Origin: Chthoniobacterales bacterium
GTDB lineage: Bacteria > Verrucomicrobiota > Verrucomicrobiia > Chthoniobacterales > UBA6821
Direction: 5' to 3'
DNA length: 64,000 bases
Assembly (NCBI GenBank): GCA_049282095.1
Contig: JBAPTI010000031.1
Coordinates: 11,419 to 75,418 of the forward strand
Position numbers and translations under genes: made by a program
The notes under the pieces: model-generated
Told to the model about the DNA's origin: nothing
The model's input: the letters and a program-made list of their open reading frames with translations, nothing else
The model's database searches: none
Shown: in pieces, positions 17,828 to 27,516 of the stretch
How the letters are laid out: each line of letters starts with the position of its first letter
How positions within the stretch are numbered: the first letter of the stretch is position 1

Positions 17828-18706
17828 CTATCCTGTCAATCTTTCGCAGGCGGTAACGGTATTGCTCATCAGCATGGCAATCGTCATCGGGCCGACGCCT
17901 CCGGGGACCGGGGTGATCGCCGAGCACTTGGGTGCCACGGCCTCGAAGTCGACGTCGCCGACCAGGCGGTAGCCGCTCTTTGTCGAGGGATCCTCGACGC
18001 GGTTGATGCCGACGTCGATGACGACGGCGCCTTCCTTGATATGATCCGCACCGAGGGCCTTCGGCCTGCCGATCGCGGCGATCACGATATCGGCGCGGCG
18101 GGTGATGGCGGCGAGATCCTTGGTCCGTGAATGGGCGATTGTCACGGTGGCGTCTCCACCCTTCCCCTTGGCCATCAGGAGGAGGGCCATCGGCTTGCCG
18201 ACAATGAGGCTTCGGCCGACCACGACGACTTCGGCGCCGGCTGTCTCGACACCCGCTGCGATGAGAAGGCGCTGACAGCCGAGCGGGGTGCAGGGGACGA
18301 ACGCCGTGGGATCCTCCATGGCGAGCTTGGCCACGTTCACCGGATGGAAACCGTCGACATCCTTGCGGGGGTCGATGGCCACGGTGACGGCATGCTCGTT
18401 GATGTGCTTGGGAGGAGGGGACTGGACAAGAATGCCGTGGATCTCGGGATCGACATTGAGCTTGGTGACCAGATCGAGCAGTTCTTCCTGCGTGGTGGAG
18501 GCGGGGAGTTCGATCTTCCGCGAGTGCATCCCGAGGGCGGCGCAGGTCTTGTCCTTGTTGCGGACATAGGCCTGGGAGGCGGGGTCCTCGCCGACAAGGA
18601 TCACGGCAAGCCCGGGGGTGATGCCTCGGGCCTTCAGGGCCTCGATGCGGACTTTGGTTTCCAGTTCGACCTGGGCGGCGACCGCCTTGCCATCAATGAG
18701 TTTCAT
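17828..18706 (-). CDS. folD: Bifunctional methylenetetrahydrofolate dehydrogenase/cyclohydrolase
   Basis: FolD-like along its full length ([20 protein letters not shown]...[14 protein letters not shown]...[11 protein letters not shown]). Confidence 0.93.
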   Translation of the reverse strand: MKLIDGKAVAAQVELETKVRIEALKARGITPGLAVILVGEDPASQAYVRNKDKTCAALGMHSRKIELPASTTQEELLDLVTKLNVDPEIHGILVQSPPPKHINEHAVTVAIDPRKDVDGFHPVNVAKLAMEDPTAFVPCTPLGCQRLLIAAGVETAGAEVVVVGRSLIVGKPMALLLMAKGKGGDATVTIAHSRTKDLAAITRRADIVIAAIGRPKALGADHIKEGAVVIDVGINRVEDPSTKSGYRLVGDVDFEAVAPKCSAITPVPGGVGPMTIAMLMSNTVTACERLTG

Positions 18707-18912
18707 GGGAATTTGTTAAGTTGGGAGAATAAGGCAGAGATTATTAATCAGGAACTCAGGAAATCATGAAAAACATGGGGGGAAGTTCAACCATGAAGAA
18801 CATGAAAGTGGATCAACCGGGAATATTTTATCCCGAATGTTGTCAGGTTTCTATGTGACTGCTCCTTTCCTGTTTTCCAGATTTCCAGATTTATTACATC
18901 TTACTGATTGCT

Positions 18913-19575
18913 CTATGCGGGTAGGTCGGCTTTTTCGGCTTCTTCACGCAGGAGGGTTTCCAGGCGAAGGCGTTCCGATTCCAGATCGGTCGCCTCGCGA
19001 TCCACCGTCAGATAGGGATCCATCGTGATGTCGACCCGCGAGAAGGGGAGAGGGATCGCGAAGTTGTCCCAGGTCTTAAGCCTGATGGCCCTGTGGTAGC
19101 GGGCGTGGAGCGGCATGATGGGAATGCCTGTCTTCTGGGCAAGGAACACAGCGCCCGGGCCGAGCGAATACTTTGGGCCTCGGGGGCCGTCTGGAGTGAT
19201 GGCGAGGTCGATCCCGGACTCGAGGAGGGAGGCGAGTTCGCGGATGGCGGTCGATCCCCGACGCGAGCTGGATCCACGCACCGAGCCCATGCCGAGGTTC
19301 GCCATGACGCCGGCCAGGATGTCGCCATCCTTGCTCGGGCTGGTCAGGACACTCACTCCCTTCCTGCTCGGGTGCTTGGCGGGATAGTGGCGCAGGAATC
19401 CGACGGAGATCGCGGGGATCCTGTTATGCCAGAAGACCAGGATCCGGGGGCCCTCTGGAGGATTAGTCAGGAATCCGGAGCGATCGTTGACGCGGAGACG
19501 GATGGTCGAGAAGACGAGGCGGGCCACCCCTGCGGCAAGCGAGGCAATGAGTCGCTGTTTGTTCGGAAGCCCCAT
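18913..19575 (-). CDS. DUF374 / lysophospholipid acyltransferase-like protein
   Basis: VLTSPSKDGDILAGVMANLGMGSVRGSSSRRG...AITPDGPRGP is typical of DUF374. Its start overlaps the ubiX stop by 1 nt (TGATG). Confidence 0.7.
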   Translation of the reverse strand: MGLPNKQRLIASLAAGVARLVFSTIRLRVNDRSGFLTNPPEGPRILVFWHNRIPAISVGFLRHYPAKHPSRKGVSVLTSPSKDGDILAGVMANLGMGSVRGSSSRRGSTAIRELASLLESGIDLAITPDGPRGPKYSLGPGAVFLAQKTGIPIMPLHARYHRAIRLKTWDNFAIPLPFSRVDITMDPYLTVDREATDLESERLRLETLLREEAEKADLPA

Positions 19576-20135
19576 CAGTCAATCATGTCCGGTTCGCGCC
19601 AGCGGCAGGCATTGGGGGCGTGGATGCCGAGTTGATCAAGGACGCGCCAGACGACGGTGTCGGCGAGTTCGTTGAAGTCCTTGGGATGACTGTAGAAGGA
19701 GGGGGAGGCCGGAAGAATGATCGCCCCAGCCTCGGTGAGGGTGACGATGTTCCGGGCATGGATGAGGTTCCAGGGAGTCTCCCGGGGAACGATGATCAGC
19801 TTGCGGCGCTCCTTGAGGAAGACATCGGCGGCCCGGAGGATGAGGTTCTCACTCGTCCCGGCGGCGATGCGGCCGATCGTTCCCATGGAACTGGGCATCA
19901 CGATCATCCCGTCGAAGAGGGCGCTGCCGCTGGCAAAGGGGGCGTTCATCGACTTCTCGCTGTGCTCAATGACACCGGGAGGAAGTTGCAGGGCACCGAT
20001 CTCCTCACGGATCACCTGCTTGGCGTAGGGGGAGAGAACCAGATGGATCTCATGGTCGCCCTGCCCCAGGTGATGGAGCAGCCGCTGGAGGTAAATGGAG
20101 CCGCTGGCTCCTGTTGCTGCTAGGACGAGGCGCAT
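19575..20135 (-). CDS. ubiX: Flavin prenyltransferase UbiX
   Basis: MRLVLAATGASGSIY...MPSSMGTIGRIAAG...LKERRKLIIVPRETP is UbiX/Pad1-like. The start is set at ATG 20135. Confidence 0.85.
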   Translation of the reverse strand: MRLVLAATGASGSIYLQRLLHHLGQGDHEIHLVLSPYAKQVIREEIGALQLPPGVIEHSEKSMNAPFASGSALFDGMIVMPSSMGTIGRIAAGTSENLILRAADVFLKERRKLIIVPRETPWNLIHARNIVTLTEAGAIILPASPSFYSHPKDFNELADTVVWRVLDQLGIHAPNACRWREPDMID

Positions 20136-20201
20136 GGGGAAATGATGAAGCAAGAATTATGAATGAAGAATTATGAAGAAGCTAGGAGCTAGGAGATGGG
20201 A

Positions 20202-21701
20202 CTACAGGAGTGAGGCGTCCGTAAGGGCGGATCGGAGCTTGTTGGCACGATCGAGCAGTTCTTTGTACACGGCGGTGTTCTTGGCATCAGGCTTGCAGCG
20301 GGTCGACTCATCGAGGGTGACGAGGCGGTTGCAGAGGGCGTGGAGGGCTGGCTCGGAGTGGTCGTCTCCTGCGGCCCAGGCGGCTTGGATGGCCGCGCCA
20401 AGGGCCGCCCCCTCACTGGAGGTGAGGCAGACGGTCGGCACGCCGAAGACGTCGGCGCAGAGTTGGCGCCAGAAGGCGCTCTTGGTGCCGCCTCCGGTGA
20501 TGCGGATCTCAGTCGGATTCACACCGAGTGCCCGGAGGCGGTCGAGTCCGTAAGCGATCCCGAGGGTCACCCCCTCCATGGCGGCGCGTGCGAGGTGGGA
20601 GGGGGTGAGGTTCTTCACGGTGATGCCGTGGAGGAGGCCGCTTCCGCGCGGGAGATTTGGAGTGCGTTCCCCGGCGAGGTAGGGGAGGAGCAGGAGTCCG
20701 TCGCTACCGGCGGGCACCGTGGCGGCCGCCGCATCGTATTGGTCGTGGCTCCAGCCCTCGAAGAGCTTGCGGGTGAGTTCGGTGACCAGGGTCACGTTCA
20801 TCGTGCAGGCCAGCGGCATCCATGATCCGGTGCTGTCGCAGAAGGCCGCCACCTCTCCCTTTGGATCGACGACAGGGGAGGGACTGAACGCGTAGAGCGT
20901 GCCCGAGGTGCCGAGGCTCGCGGTCATGATGCCGGAGCGGACATTTCCGGTGCCGATGGCGCCCATCATGTTGTCGCCGCCGCCCGAGCTGATCGTGACG
21001 GTGGCTGAGAGGTTCCACTTCGAGGTGAGTTCCGGACGAAGCATCCCGGCGGGCACCGCCGAGGAGCGGAGCGGGGGAAGCTTGCCTTCGATGCCAGGAG
21101 CCACCGCGTCGAGGACTGTGGCGGACCAGGTGCGGGTCGTCACATCGAGGAGCGCGGTGCCGGAGGCGTCGCCGTATTCCATCGACTTCACGCCGGTGAG
21201 CCACCAGTTGATGTAGTCGTGGGGAAGAAGGACATGGGAGGTCTTCTCCCAGTTCTGCGGTTCGTTCTGGCGGACCCAGAGGATCTTTGGGGCGGTGTAT
21301 CCGGTGAGCATGGCGTTGCCGGTGAGTTCCACCACCTTGGCCTCGCCGCCGAGCGCCTTGGTGATTTCGGCGCACTGGGCGGTCGTCGAGGTGTCGCACC
21401 AGAGCTTGGCGGGGCGTACCACCTGGTCGTTCGCATCCAGCAGGACGAGGCCGTGCTGCTGCCCGCTCACGCCGATCCCGGCGACTTCGTTGCGTCGGCT
21501 TCCCAGCTTCTCCAGAACCTGCGAAATCGTGGACTCCACGGCGGCGATCCAGACGGCGGGATCCTGCTCCATGGCACCATCTCCGTTGGCTTCCACAAAT
21601 CCGTAAGTCTGCTGGGCACTGGCCAGAATCTCTCCTGTGGAGATGTCGAGGGCGACTGTCTTGGTGCTCTGCGTTCCGCTGTCGATGCCGAGGGTGATCA
21701 T
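20202..21701 (-). CDS. xylB: Xylulokinase (FGGY carbohydrate kinase)
   Basis: FGGY N- and C-terminal domains (LGIDSGTQSTK...GVSGQQHG...ITGGGTKSAFWRQLCADVFG). The xylulokinase assignment, as opposed to another FGGY kinase, is by resemblance only. Confidence 0.8.
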   Translation of the reverse strand: MITLGIDSGTQSTKTVALDISTGEILASAQQTYGFVEANGDGAMEQDPAVWIAAVESTISQVLEKLGSRRNEVAGIGVSGQQHGLVLLDANDQVVRPAKLWCDTSTTAQCAEITKALGGEAKVVELTGNAMLTGYTAPKILWVRQNEPQNWEKTSHVLLPHDYINWWLTGVKSMEYGDASGTALLDVTTRTWSATVLDAVAPGIEGKLPPLRSSAVPAGMLRPELTSKWNLSATVTISSGGGDNMMGAIGTGNVRSGIMTASLGTSGTLYAFSPSPVVDPKGEVAAFCDSTGSWMPLACTMNVTLVTELTRKLFEGWSHDQYDAAAATVPAGSDGLLLLPYLAGERTPNLPRGSGLLHGITVKNLTPSHLARAAMEGVTLGIAYGLDRLRALGVNPTEIRITGGGTKSAFWRQLCADVFGVPTVCLTSSEGAALGAAIQAAWAAGDDHSEPALHALCNRLVTLDESTRCKPDAKNTAVYKELLDRANKLRSALTDASLL

Positions 21702-21707
21702 GAGAGG

Positions 21708-21741
21708 GAAAGGATGAAGGAAGAATGAAAAATGAAAAAGG
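21708..21741 (-). promoter_or_regulatory. 34-nt CU-rich leader element 6 nt upstream of the xylB ATG, near-identical to 28950-28983
   Basis: The sense strand reads CCTTTTTCATTTTTCATTCTTCCTTCATCCTTTC. There is one mismatch to the element upstream of miaB. Confidence 0.6.
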
Positions 21742-21960
21742 ATGAATCTGCTTTAGGAAAGGGCGGGAAGGGGCGTTGTCCCCAAAATCTTATTGAATAG
21801 TTTCGTCAAGAGATTGGATTTTGGGCTATTCGCTATTCTGAATGTGCTTCCATGGGATTTCCACCACCGAGCCCTTTGTCCCGAGAGGGCGGACAGAGAG
21901 TGGAGTGAGATTTTGAATCAGAAAGCAGGAAGACAGGAGGGGAGAAGGCGGTCTTTTGAC

Positions 21961-22064
21961 CGGCCGGGGGCTGTTTAGGCTTGGCGCTTTGCTTGCCCGG
22001 TCGCTGCTTCGCATCCGCTACGGCTTTCCGCAACGGGCTCTATGCGATTTAATCAGCGGTTCCC
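21961..22064 (+). mobile_element. MITE fragment (one end only, module-containing subtype)
   Basis: It ends in CTCTATGCGATTTAATCAGCGGTTCCC and contains the GCTTGCCCGGTCGCTGCTTCGCATCCGCTACGG module also present in the 43899-44433 and 57698-57795 copies. Confidence 0.75.
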
Positions 22065-22146
22065 TTGGATTACTTCTTGCCAAGTGCTTTTGGGATGGGC
22101 ATTCTACCCGACCACCTGAGACCAATTTCCGGCAACAATTCCTGAC

Positions 22147-22503
22147 ATGAGCATCATCGCCACCATCGAAAAAGAGCAGTTCAAGACCGACCTCGTATCA
22201 TTTGAGGTGGGTGATTCCGTATGCGTTCACACACGCGTCATCGAGGGTGACAAGGAGCGTATCCAGAAGTACGCGGGCATCGTCATCGGCCGCAAGGGCA
22301 CCGGCATCAATGCCAACTTCACCGTCCGTCGCGTCAGCTTCGGCGAGGGTGCCGAGCGCGTGTTCCCCCTTCACTCGCCCCGTATCGCCAAGCTGGAGGT
22401 CGAGAAGCGCGGATCGGTCCGCCGCTCCAAGCTGAACTACCTCCGCAACCGCAAGGGCAAGGCCGCCGTCACCGTGAAGGAGAAGGCGCAGGAACTCGCC
22501 TAA
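22147..22503 (+). CDS. rplS: 50S ribosomal protein L19
   Basis: FEVGDSVCVHTRVIEGDKERIQKYAGIVI...RRVSFGEGAERVFPLHSPRI is canonical L19. Confidence 0.95.
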   Translation: MSIIATIEKEQFKTDLVSFEVGDSVCVHTRVIEGDKERIQKYAGIVIGRKGTGINANFTVRRVSFGEGAERVFPLHSPRIAKLEVEKRGSVRRSKLNYLRNRKGKAAVTVKEKAQELA

Positions 22504-22535
22504 AGCGACTCAAGGAAGTTTTTACCACCCGCCCG

Positions 22536-23216
22536 ATGACGAACAAGCGTCTCGGGGAGAATTCAAAGAAGGGCCCACGGACTAAATCCGGGGGCCCTTC
22601 GCTTTTCCACGAGATGGAACTTCATGCCAGGGGGATTCATCCCGTGGCGGGTGTCGATGAGGCGGGGAGGGGGCCCTTGGCTGGGCCTGTGGTGGCTGCC
22701 GCTGTCATCCTGCCCGATGACTTTGACTTGGAGGGCCTTGATGACTCCAAGAAGCTTACGCACGAGCAGCGGGAAGGTTTGTATGTCCGGTTGACAGAAG
22801 ATGCATCTGTGTTTTTTGCAATTGCCGAGGGAACTTCAGAAGAAATCGGACAACTCAATATCCTGAGAGCCACCCATCTTGCCATGAAACGATCCTTGGA
22901 TGGCCTGAAGGAAAGCGGACATCCTCCAGCCCATGCCTTGGTGGATGGATTGCCCGTGAAGGGATTACCCGTGGAACAGACGGCCTTGGTTGGAGGGGAT
23001 GGGTTGAGTCTCAGTATCGCCGCGGCTAGCATTCTGGCCAAGGTCACTCGGGACAGGATCATGGATGCGCTCGACCGGGAGTTTCCCCAGTACGGATTCG
23101 CCCGTCATCGAGGCTATGCCACGGCCGATCATCTCGCTATGCTTCGGGAGCATGGACCTTGCCCGCATCATCGACTCGGTTTTGCGCCGGTCGACCAGCC
23201 CACCTTCGGGTTCTGA
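22536..23216 (+). CDS. rnhB: Ribonuclease HII
   Basis: GVDEAGRGPLAGPVVAAAV and DSKKL motifs. The true start may be the internal Met at 22614. Confidence 0.88.
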   Translation: MTNKRLGENSKKGPRTKSGGPSLFHEMELHARGIHPVAGVDEAGRGPLAGPVVAAAVILPDDFDLEGLDDSKKLTHEQREGLYVRLTEDASVFFAIAEGTSEEIGQLNILRATHLAMKRSLDGLKESGHPPAHALVDGLPVKGLPVEQTALVGGDGLSLSIAAASILAKVTRDRIMDALDREFPQYGFARHRGYATADHLAMLREHGPCPHHRLGFAPVDQPTFGF

Positions 23217-23589
23217 GAGTCACATCGCCCTGGGCAAGTGGGGTGAGGAGGAGGCGTCACGCCATCTGAAACGGCTTGGTTGGAAAATTCTCCGCAGGAA
23301 CTTCCGCGCACCGGGGGGAGGGGAGGTCGATCTCGTCTGCCGTGACCATGAGACGCTTGTCTTTGCCGAGGTGAAGACCAGGCGTAACGAGGAGATGGGG
23401 CGCCCTCTCGATGCCGTGGATCGGAAGAAGCAGCAGCTTATCCGACGGGGAGCCCTTCATTGGCTGCGGCTCCTCGAGATGCCCGACATCACCTTCCGCT
23501 TCGACGTGATCGAGGTGTTGGCGACTGATCCCGTGGAGATCAGGGTGATCGAGAGCGCTTTTACGCTCCCGGACCCCCTTCGGTATTAA
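23152..23589 (+). CDS. yraN: YraN-family (UPF0102) endonuclease-like protein
   Basis: GEEEASRHLKRLGWKILRRNFRAPGGGEVDLVCRD..LVFAEVKTR is typical of the family. The start codon is uncertain because the ORF overlaps the rnhB end and non-ATG starts are possible. Confidence 0.7.
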   Translation: MDLARIIDSVLRRSTSPPSGSESHIALGKWGEEEASRHLKRLGWKILRRNFRAPGGGEVDLVCRDHETLVFAEVKTRRNEEMGRPLDAVDRKKQQLIRRGALHWLRLLEMPDITFRFDVIEVLATDPVEIRVIESAFTLPDPLRY

Positions 23590-23874
23590 ACCGAGATTAT
23601 GCGATAGAGATGAGGCGACAGGTCTGGATGGTTCACCCGGATGGTGAGTCGTCGGATGGTTAAAACCGTTGAAGGGTTGAAACGTTACAACGTACTGACA
23701 GCAGGCAGTCATTCGACTCTCCGAGCTGAGCCATGATCAGCAAACTTCTTGATGGCGCCTTCTCGAATTTAGGTTCAGGGGTTTACGGATCCACCTTGCA
23801 ACCTTGGTTCTTTTTAACCCGGAAAGAAATCACCGTGCCGGCCTACGCGGCTATCCGGCAACCCTCGCAAGGCT

Positions 23875-24504
23875 TTACCGGCCGATGGAAAGCTTTGCCA
23901 TCAGATCGGTGGTCAGTGATTCCAGTTCGATGGAGACGACTTCAACGCGACGCGTGAAGTAGTTGTAGGCGACGAGGTTCGGGACGGCGACTCCGAGGCC
24001 GACGATGGTGCAGTTGAGCGCCTCGGAGATGCCGTTGGCCACGATCTGGGGATCGCCGTGTGCTCCGATGTTTCCGAAGATGCTGACAAGTCCCGAGAGG
24101 GTGCCGAGGAGGCCGAGCAGAGGGGAGATGCCTGTGGTGATCTCGAGGAAGACAAGGCCCGACTCGAGCCGTGAGATTTCGTGGCGGGCGCGGGTCTGGA
24201 CGGCGTCGAGGATCTCGTTGCGAGGCCAGTCACGATGCTGAAGGACGCTCATCAGGACGCGCGACAGGGGGGATGGTTCCGCCTGCAGCCTCTTCTGCAG
24301 GTTGTCCGTTGCACCTCCCTTGAACGAGCGAAGGGCGTCGATCACTCCGGGCGGAAGGGCGCTGTCCATCTTGATGAACCTGGCCCGCTGAAGGATCACC
24401 GCGAGGGAGAAGACCGAGAGGATCAGCAGGACATACATGAAGAATCCGCCCTGGACGAAGAACTGGATGAATCCGGGGGCCGCGGCGAGGAATGTGTGTG
24501 GCAT
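23875..24504 (-). CDS. exbB: MotA/TolQ/ExbB proton-channel protein
   Basis: Three TM helices and the conserved C-terminal region ISPLLGLLGTLSGLVSIFGNIG...ISEALNCTIVGLGVAVP. Confidence 0.85.
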   Translation of the reverse strand: MPHTFLAAAPGFIQFFVQGGFFMYVLLILSVFSLAVILQRARFIKMDSALPPGVIDALRSFKGGATDNLQKRLQAEPSPLSRVLMSVLQHRDWPRNEILDAVQTRARHEISRLESGLVFLEITTGISPLLGLLGTLSGLVSIFGNIGAHGDPQIVANGISEALNCTIVGLGVAVPNLVAYNYFTRRVEVVSIELESLTTDLMAKLSIGR

Positions 24505-24519
24505 GGCGTTGGTGGTATT

Positions 24520-25620
24520 TTAGTAAATGGTGAAGCTGTAGTCGATATCAAGGCATCCGTTCTGGAGTGTTGCCGCCACATCGGGCGGGATCGGTGGAAG
24601 CTTGGCATCCATGATCGAACGGACGCTGCAATCCGTCAAAGACTCATTGGAGTTGCTGCGAAGGACCTTCAGGGCGGTGACTTTGCCCGTCGGGGAGACC
24701 TTGAAGCTGAGATCGACCGTGCCGATGCTGAGAAGGCCCATCCGTTCCCCCACATAATAGTACCATCTCGATCCGATCGCATCGGCCACCGCCTTCTTGT
24801 AGCGGCCGATCGGCGTGGCCTCGGCAGCCACCGAGGAGCGGCCCCGGTTGGAGATGTTTCCGCGAATGACTGTCTGGCGGGTCTCGGACTGGTATCCCTT
24901 AGTAGCGCCGGAAGTGCCCGAAGTTACCGGGGGTGACGGCGGTTGGGAGGGCGATGGCGGAGAGGAAGGTGCCGTCGGTTGGGTGGGAGGAGGTTTCTGG
25001 GGAGGGGGTTGCATCTTCGGGGCATCAAGAAGCTTCAGGTTATTGGGAGGAGTCGGCGAGGGTGGCGTTGCGGAGGGTTGGGGCGTTGCTGTCGGCTGAG
25101 GTGTGGGCGAAGGAGGGGGAGTGGGAGCGGTTTTCTGGGTAGCGGTCTCCGGCGCGGCCGGGGAGGGGAGCGATGGTTGGGAAGGTGGTTGCGGTTGGGC
25201 GGGGCTTCCGGCCTGGCTCGCCGGTTTTTCGCCGGGCGTGTGCTTCTGGTTGCGGAGTTCCAGAGAGGCTTGGGTCATTCCCTGCTGGGAAGGGAGGGCG
25301 AGCGATCCATCGGGTGGAAGTTCGCTTGCCGCCTTGGTGTTCTGGTCCGATTGGAAGGGGGCGTTCTCGGGTGCCTTGGAGGAGACCTCCTTGGCCTCGA
25401 TGAAAGGCCGGTCTTTCTTCTCCAGCGGGGTGATCTCCAGCGTGACCTCGGGGGGCGGACTCTTCTCTGCTTTTTGTGTTACGAACTTTCGGGCAAATAG
25501 GATCGCCAGCAGAATGATCAGTGATGCGTGGATTAGGAAGGAGAGGGCGAGGTAGAAGGGGAATCGCTTGCGCTTCCGCTGTTCCTGCCCTGGAGATGGT
25601 TTGGTGCGGAGAGAGTTCAT
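24520..25620 (-). CDS. TonB-like energy transducer (N-terminal TM anchor, long Pro-rich spacer, TonB_C-like domain)
   Basis: TM helix FYLALSFLIHASLIILLAILF, a Pro/Thr/Ser-rich region of about 130 aa, and a C-terminal YKKAVADAIGSRWYY...VDLSFKVSPTGKV fold-like segment. Confidence 0.7.
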   Translation of the reverse strand: MNSLRTKPSPGQEQRKRKRFPFYLALSFLIHASLIILLAILFARKFVTQKAEKSPPPEVTLEITPLEKKDRPFIEAKEVSSKAPENAPFQSDQNTKAASELPPDGSLALPSQQGMTQASLELRNQKHTPGEKPASQAGSPAQPQPPSQPSLPSPAAPETATQKTAPTPPPSPTPQPTATPQPSATPPSPTPPNNLKLLDAPKMQPPPQKPPPTQPTAPSSPPSPSQPPSPPVTSGTSGATKGYQSETRQTVIRGNISNRGRSSVAAEATPIGRYKKAVADAIGSRWYYYVGERMGLLSIGTVDLSFKVSPTGKVTALKVLRSNSNESLTDCSVRSIMDAKLPPIPPDVAATLQNGCLDIDYSFTIY

Positions 25621-26534
25621 GCGGTTGCCTCTCTTCCTCGAGCTCTTGCTCGTGCTTTGCCTTCCGTGGTCGTTTTCCTTTTCTGCGGAAGGGGGAGGTT
25701 ACCGATGCGGGCCTGATGAAAGAGCCACTGCTGGATGTATCCCGCGTAGGGACCGAGCAGGCGCTCGCCGTATCGCTCAAGCTGCTCGGGCGTGGCCTTC
25801 TTTGATTTCGGGGAACGGAAGGAGGAGAGGATGCGCCCGATCCAGACATCGACGGGAACGGCCTCGAGTCGTTCGTAGGCGAAGAGCAGGATGCAGTTGG
25901 CTACCTTCCTGCCGATGCCCGGCAAGGTGCAGAGGGCGGCGCGGGCCTCGGCGGTTTCCATCCGCACCAGATCCGAGGGGTCGAATCTGCCCTCGGCGAT
26001 CATCCGTGCGGAACCCAGCAGTCCCTTGGCACGGAAACCAAGCCCGCACTTGCGGAGAGCCTCTTCCGAGGTTGAGGCGAGGGCCTCGGGCGAGGGGAAT
26101 GCCGGAATCGGAGTGTCGGCGAGCCATTGGCCGTAGTTCTTCCGCAGGGCGAGACTCATCTGCCTGATGTGGGCCACCTGCTTCATGGGGGAGAGAATGA
26201 AGCTGGCGAGGCACTCCCAGTGGGGCTGCCTCATGATGCGGAGTCCCCGGCATGCCATGGCGGCATCATGTACCACGGCATGACCGGCACAGGAACGACG
26301 GATCGCTTGAAGGTCGTGATCGAGGGCGAAGTAATGTCGGATTCCCTTCTCGCCGATCCCCCGGTAGTGGAGGAGCTTGCCTTGCTGGCGGACGAACAGG
26401 GATTCCGATCCGATGCATCCGGTATAGCCTTCCTCCAGCGGTGTCCAGTGGAAGGTCTGGCCGCTCTCCAGAGTCATCCGGAGATCGAACTCCGGGCACT
26501 CCATCACCCCCGTGGCGCCGGAATTCATCCTCAT
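25617..26534 (-). CDS. ogg: 8-oxoguanine DNA glycosylase (Ogg-type, HhH-GPD)
   Basis: N-terminal LESGQTFHW and the HhH-GPD region LCTLPGIGRKVANCILLFAY..LEAVPVDVW. ATGA overlaps occur at both ends (26531-34, 25617-20). Confidence 0.8.
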   Translation of the reverse strand: MRMNSGATGVMECPEFDLRMTLESGQTFHWTPLEEGYTGCIGSESLFVRQQGKLLHYRGIGEKGIRHYFALDHDLQAIRRSCAGHAVVHDAAMACRGLRIMRQPHWECLASFILSPMKQVAHIRQMSLALRKNYGQWLADTPIPAFPSPEALASTSEEALRKCGLGFRAKGLLGSARMIAEGRFDPSDLVRMETAEARAALCTLPGIGRKVANCILLFAYERLEAVPVDVWIGRILSSFRSPKSKKATPEQLERYGERLLGPYAGYIQQWLFHQARIGNLPLPQKRKTTTEGKARARARGREATA

Positions 26535-27238
26535 CGCGCGAAGTAGCTGAGATTCTCAAGCTCGATGGCGAGGTTGACGTTGTTCACGGCAACGGTCTCG
26601 GGCAACTGGAGGAGCGTGGGCGAGAAGTTGAGGAGGGCATGGATACCGCTTCCGACGAGATGTTCGGCAACCCGCTGGGCCTCCTCCCCTGGGACGCAGA
26701 GGATCGCCATGCGGATGTCATGCTGCCTGATGACCCTGCGCATCTCCTCCATCCGCTGGACTTCAATCCGACCCCTCTGTGCTTTTTTCGGCTTCTTGTC
26801 GAAGGCCGCGATGATCTCGAACCCCTCCTTGGCAAATCCCCTGTAGCTCAGGAGCGCCTGTCCGAGGTTACCGGCACCGACCAAAATGACAGGTTGGAGG
26901 CTCGCGCGCCCCAGAATTTCCTCAAGGCGGTTACGGAGCAGGATGACTTCGTAGCCGGTGCCGCGTTTCCCAAGCGGGCCGCAGCAGGCGAGATCCTTGC
27001 GAAGTTGGGCCGGTTGCACGCCGGCCACGCCGGCGAGAGCCGTTGAGGAGACGATGCTTGTGCGGTTGGCCACCATGAGGCCCAGGCATCGCAGATAGAG
27101 GGAGAGCCGGTAGACGGTCTTCTTGGGAATCTCCCCGGCGGAATGGGCCTGTCGCTCATGATGCCTGACCCGCGGTACGTGTTCCTGCCGGGGGGATTTC
27201 CCGGTCACCTTGAGTGAACGATGGCCTTCGCGGCTCAT
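26531..27238 (-). CDS. rex: Redox-sensing transcriptional repressor Rex
   Basis: wHTH (IPKKTVYRLSLYLRCL) plus Rossmann VILVGAGNLGQALL. The start ATG 27236-38 is supported by the reconstructed ATGA overlap with miaB. The ORF-track N-terminal extension lies in the MITE. Confidence 0.85.
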   Translation of the reverse strand: MSREGHRSLKVTGKSPRQEHVPRVRHHERQAHSAGEIPKKTVYRLSLYLRCLGLMVANRTSIVSSTALAGVAGVQPAQLRKDLACCGPLGKRGTGYEVILLRNRLEEILGRASLQPVILVGAGNLGQALLSYRGFAKEGFEIIAAFDKKPKKAQRGRIEVQRMEEMRRVIRQHDIRMAILCVPGEEAQRVAEHLVGSGIHALLNFSPTLLQLPETVAVNNVNLAIELENLSYFAR

Positions 27239-27239
27239 A

Positions 27240-27516
27240 GGGAAGCACTGATTAAATCGCATAGAGGCCGTTGCGGGAAGAATGGGCCGTGGGCAAGGCG
27301 GCTTGGCGCGAGCATCCCCGCAGTGGGCTGTAAGCGCCAAGGCAACAAAGCCCCCCGGCCGGTTATCTCCGCAACCCGGAGGGCTGAAGCCATTTGTCGA
27401 TTTTTGTGGCGTTGCTCGCTCGGGCGAGACCGCTGCGGGTATCGCCCAGCACTCGCGCCTTCAAAAATCAGCAAATGCTCTTCAGCGGCCTTCATGGGAT
27501 TTCATCAGCGCTTCCC
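27240..27516 (-). mobile_element. MITE, full copy (277 bp), TA flanks, inserted at the miaB/rex junction
   Basis: TIRs GGGAAGCACTGATTAAATC and GATTTCATCAGCGCTTCCC. A TA sits at 27238-39 and at 27517-18. The interior is collinear with 15329-15604 in reverse orientation. Confidence 0.88.

Noticed and set aside
18707-18912. Possible riboswitch or leader RNA upstream of folD
   Set aside because: I see only word repeats and a weak 5-bp hairpin. There is no conserved riboswitch core I can recognise, so the idea is not supportable without a covariance-model search.
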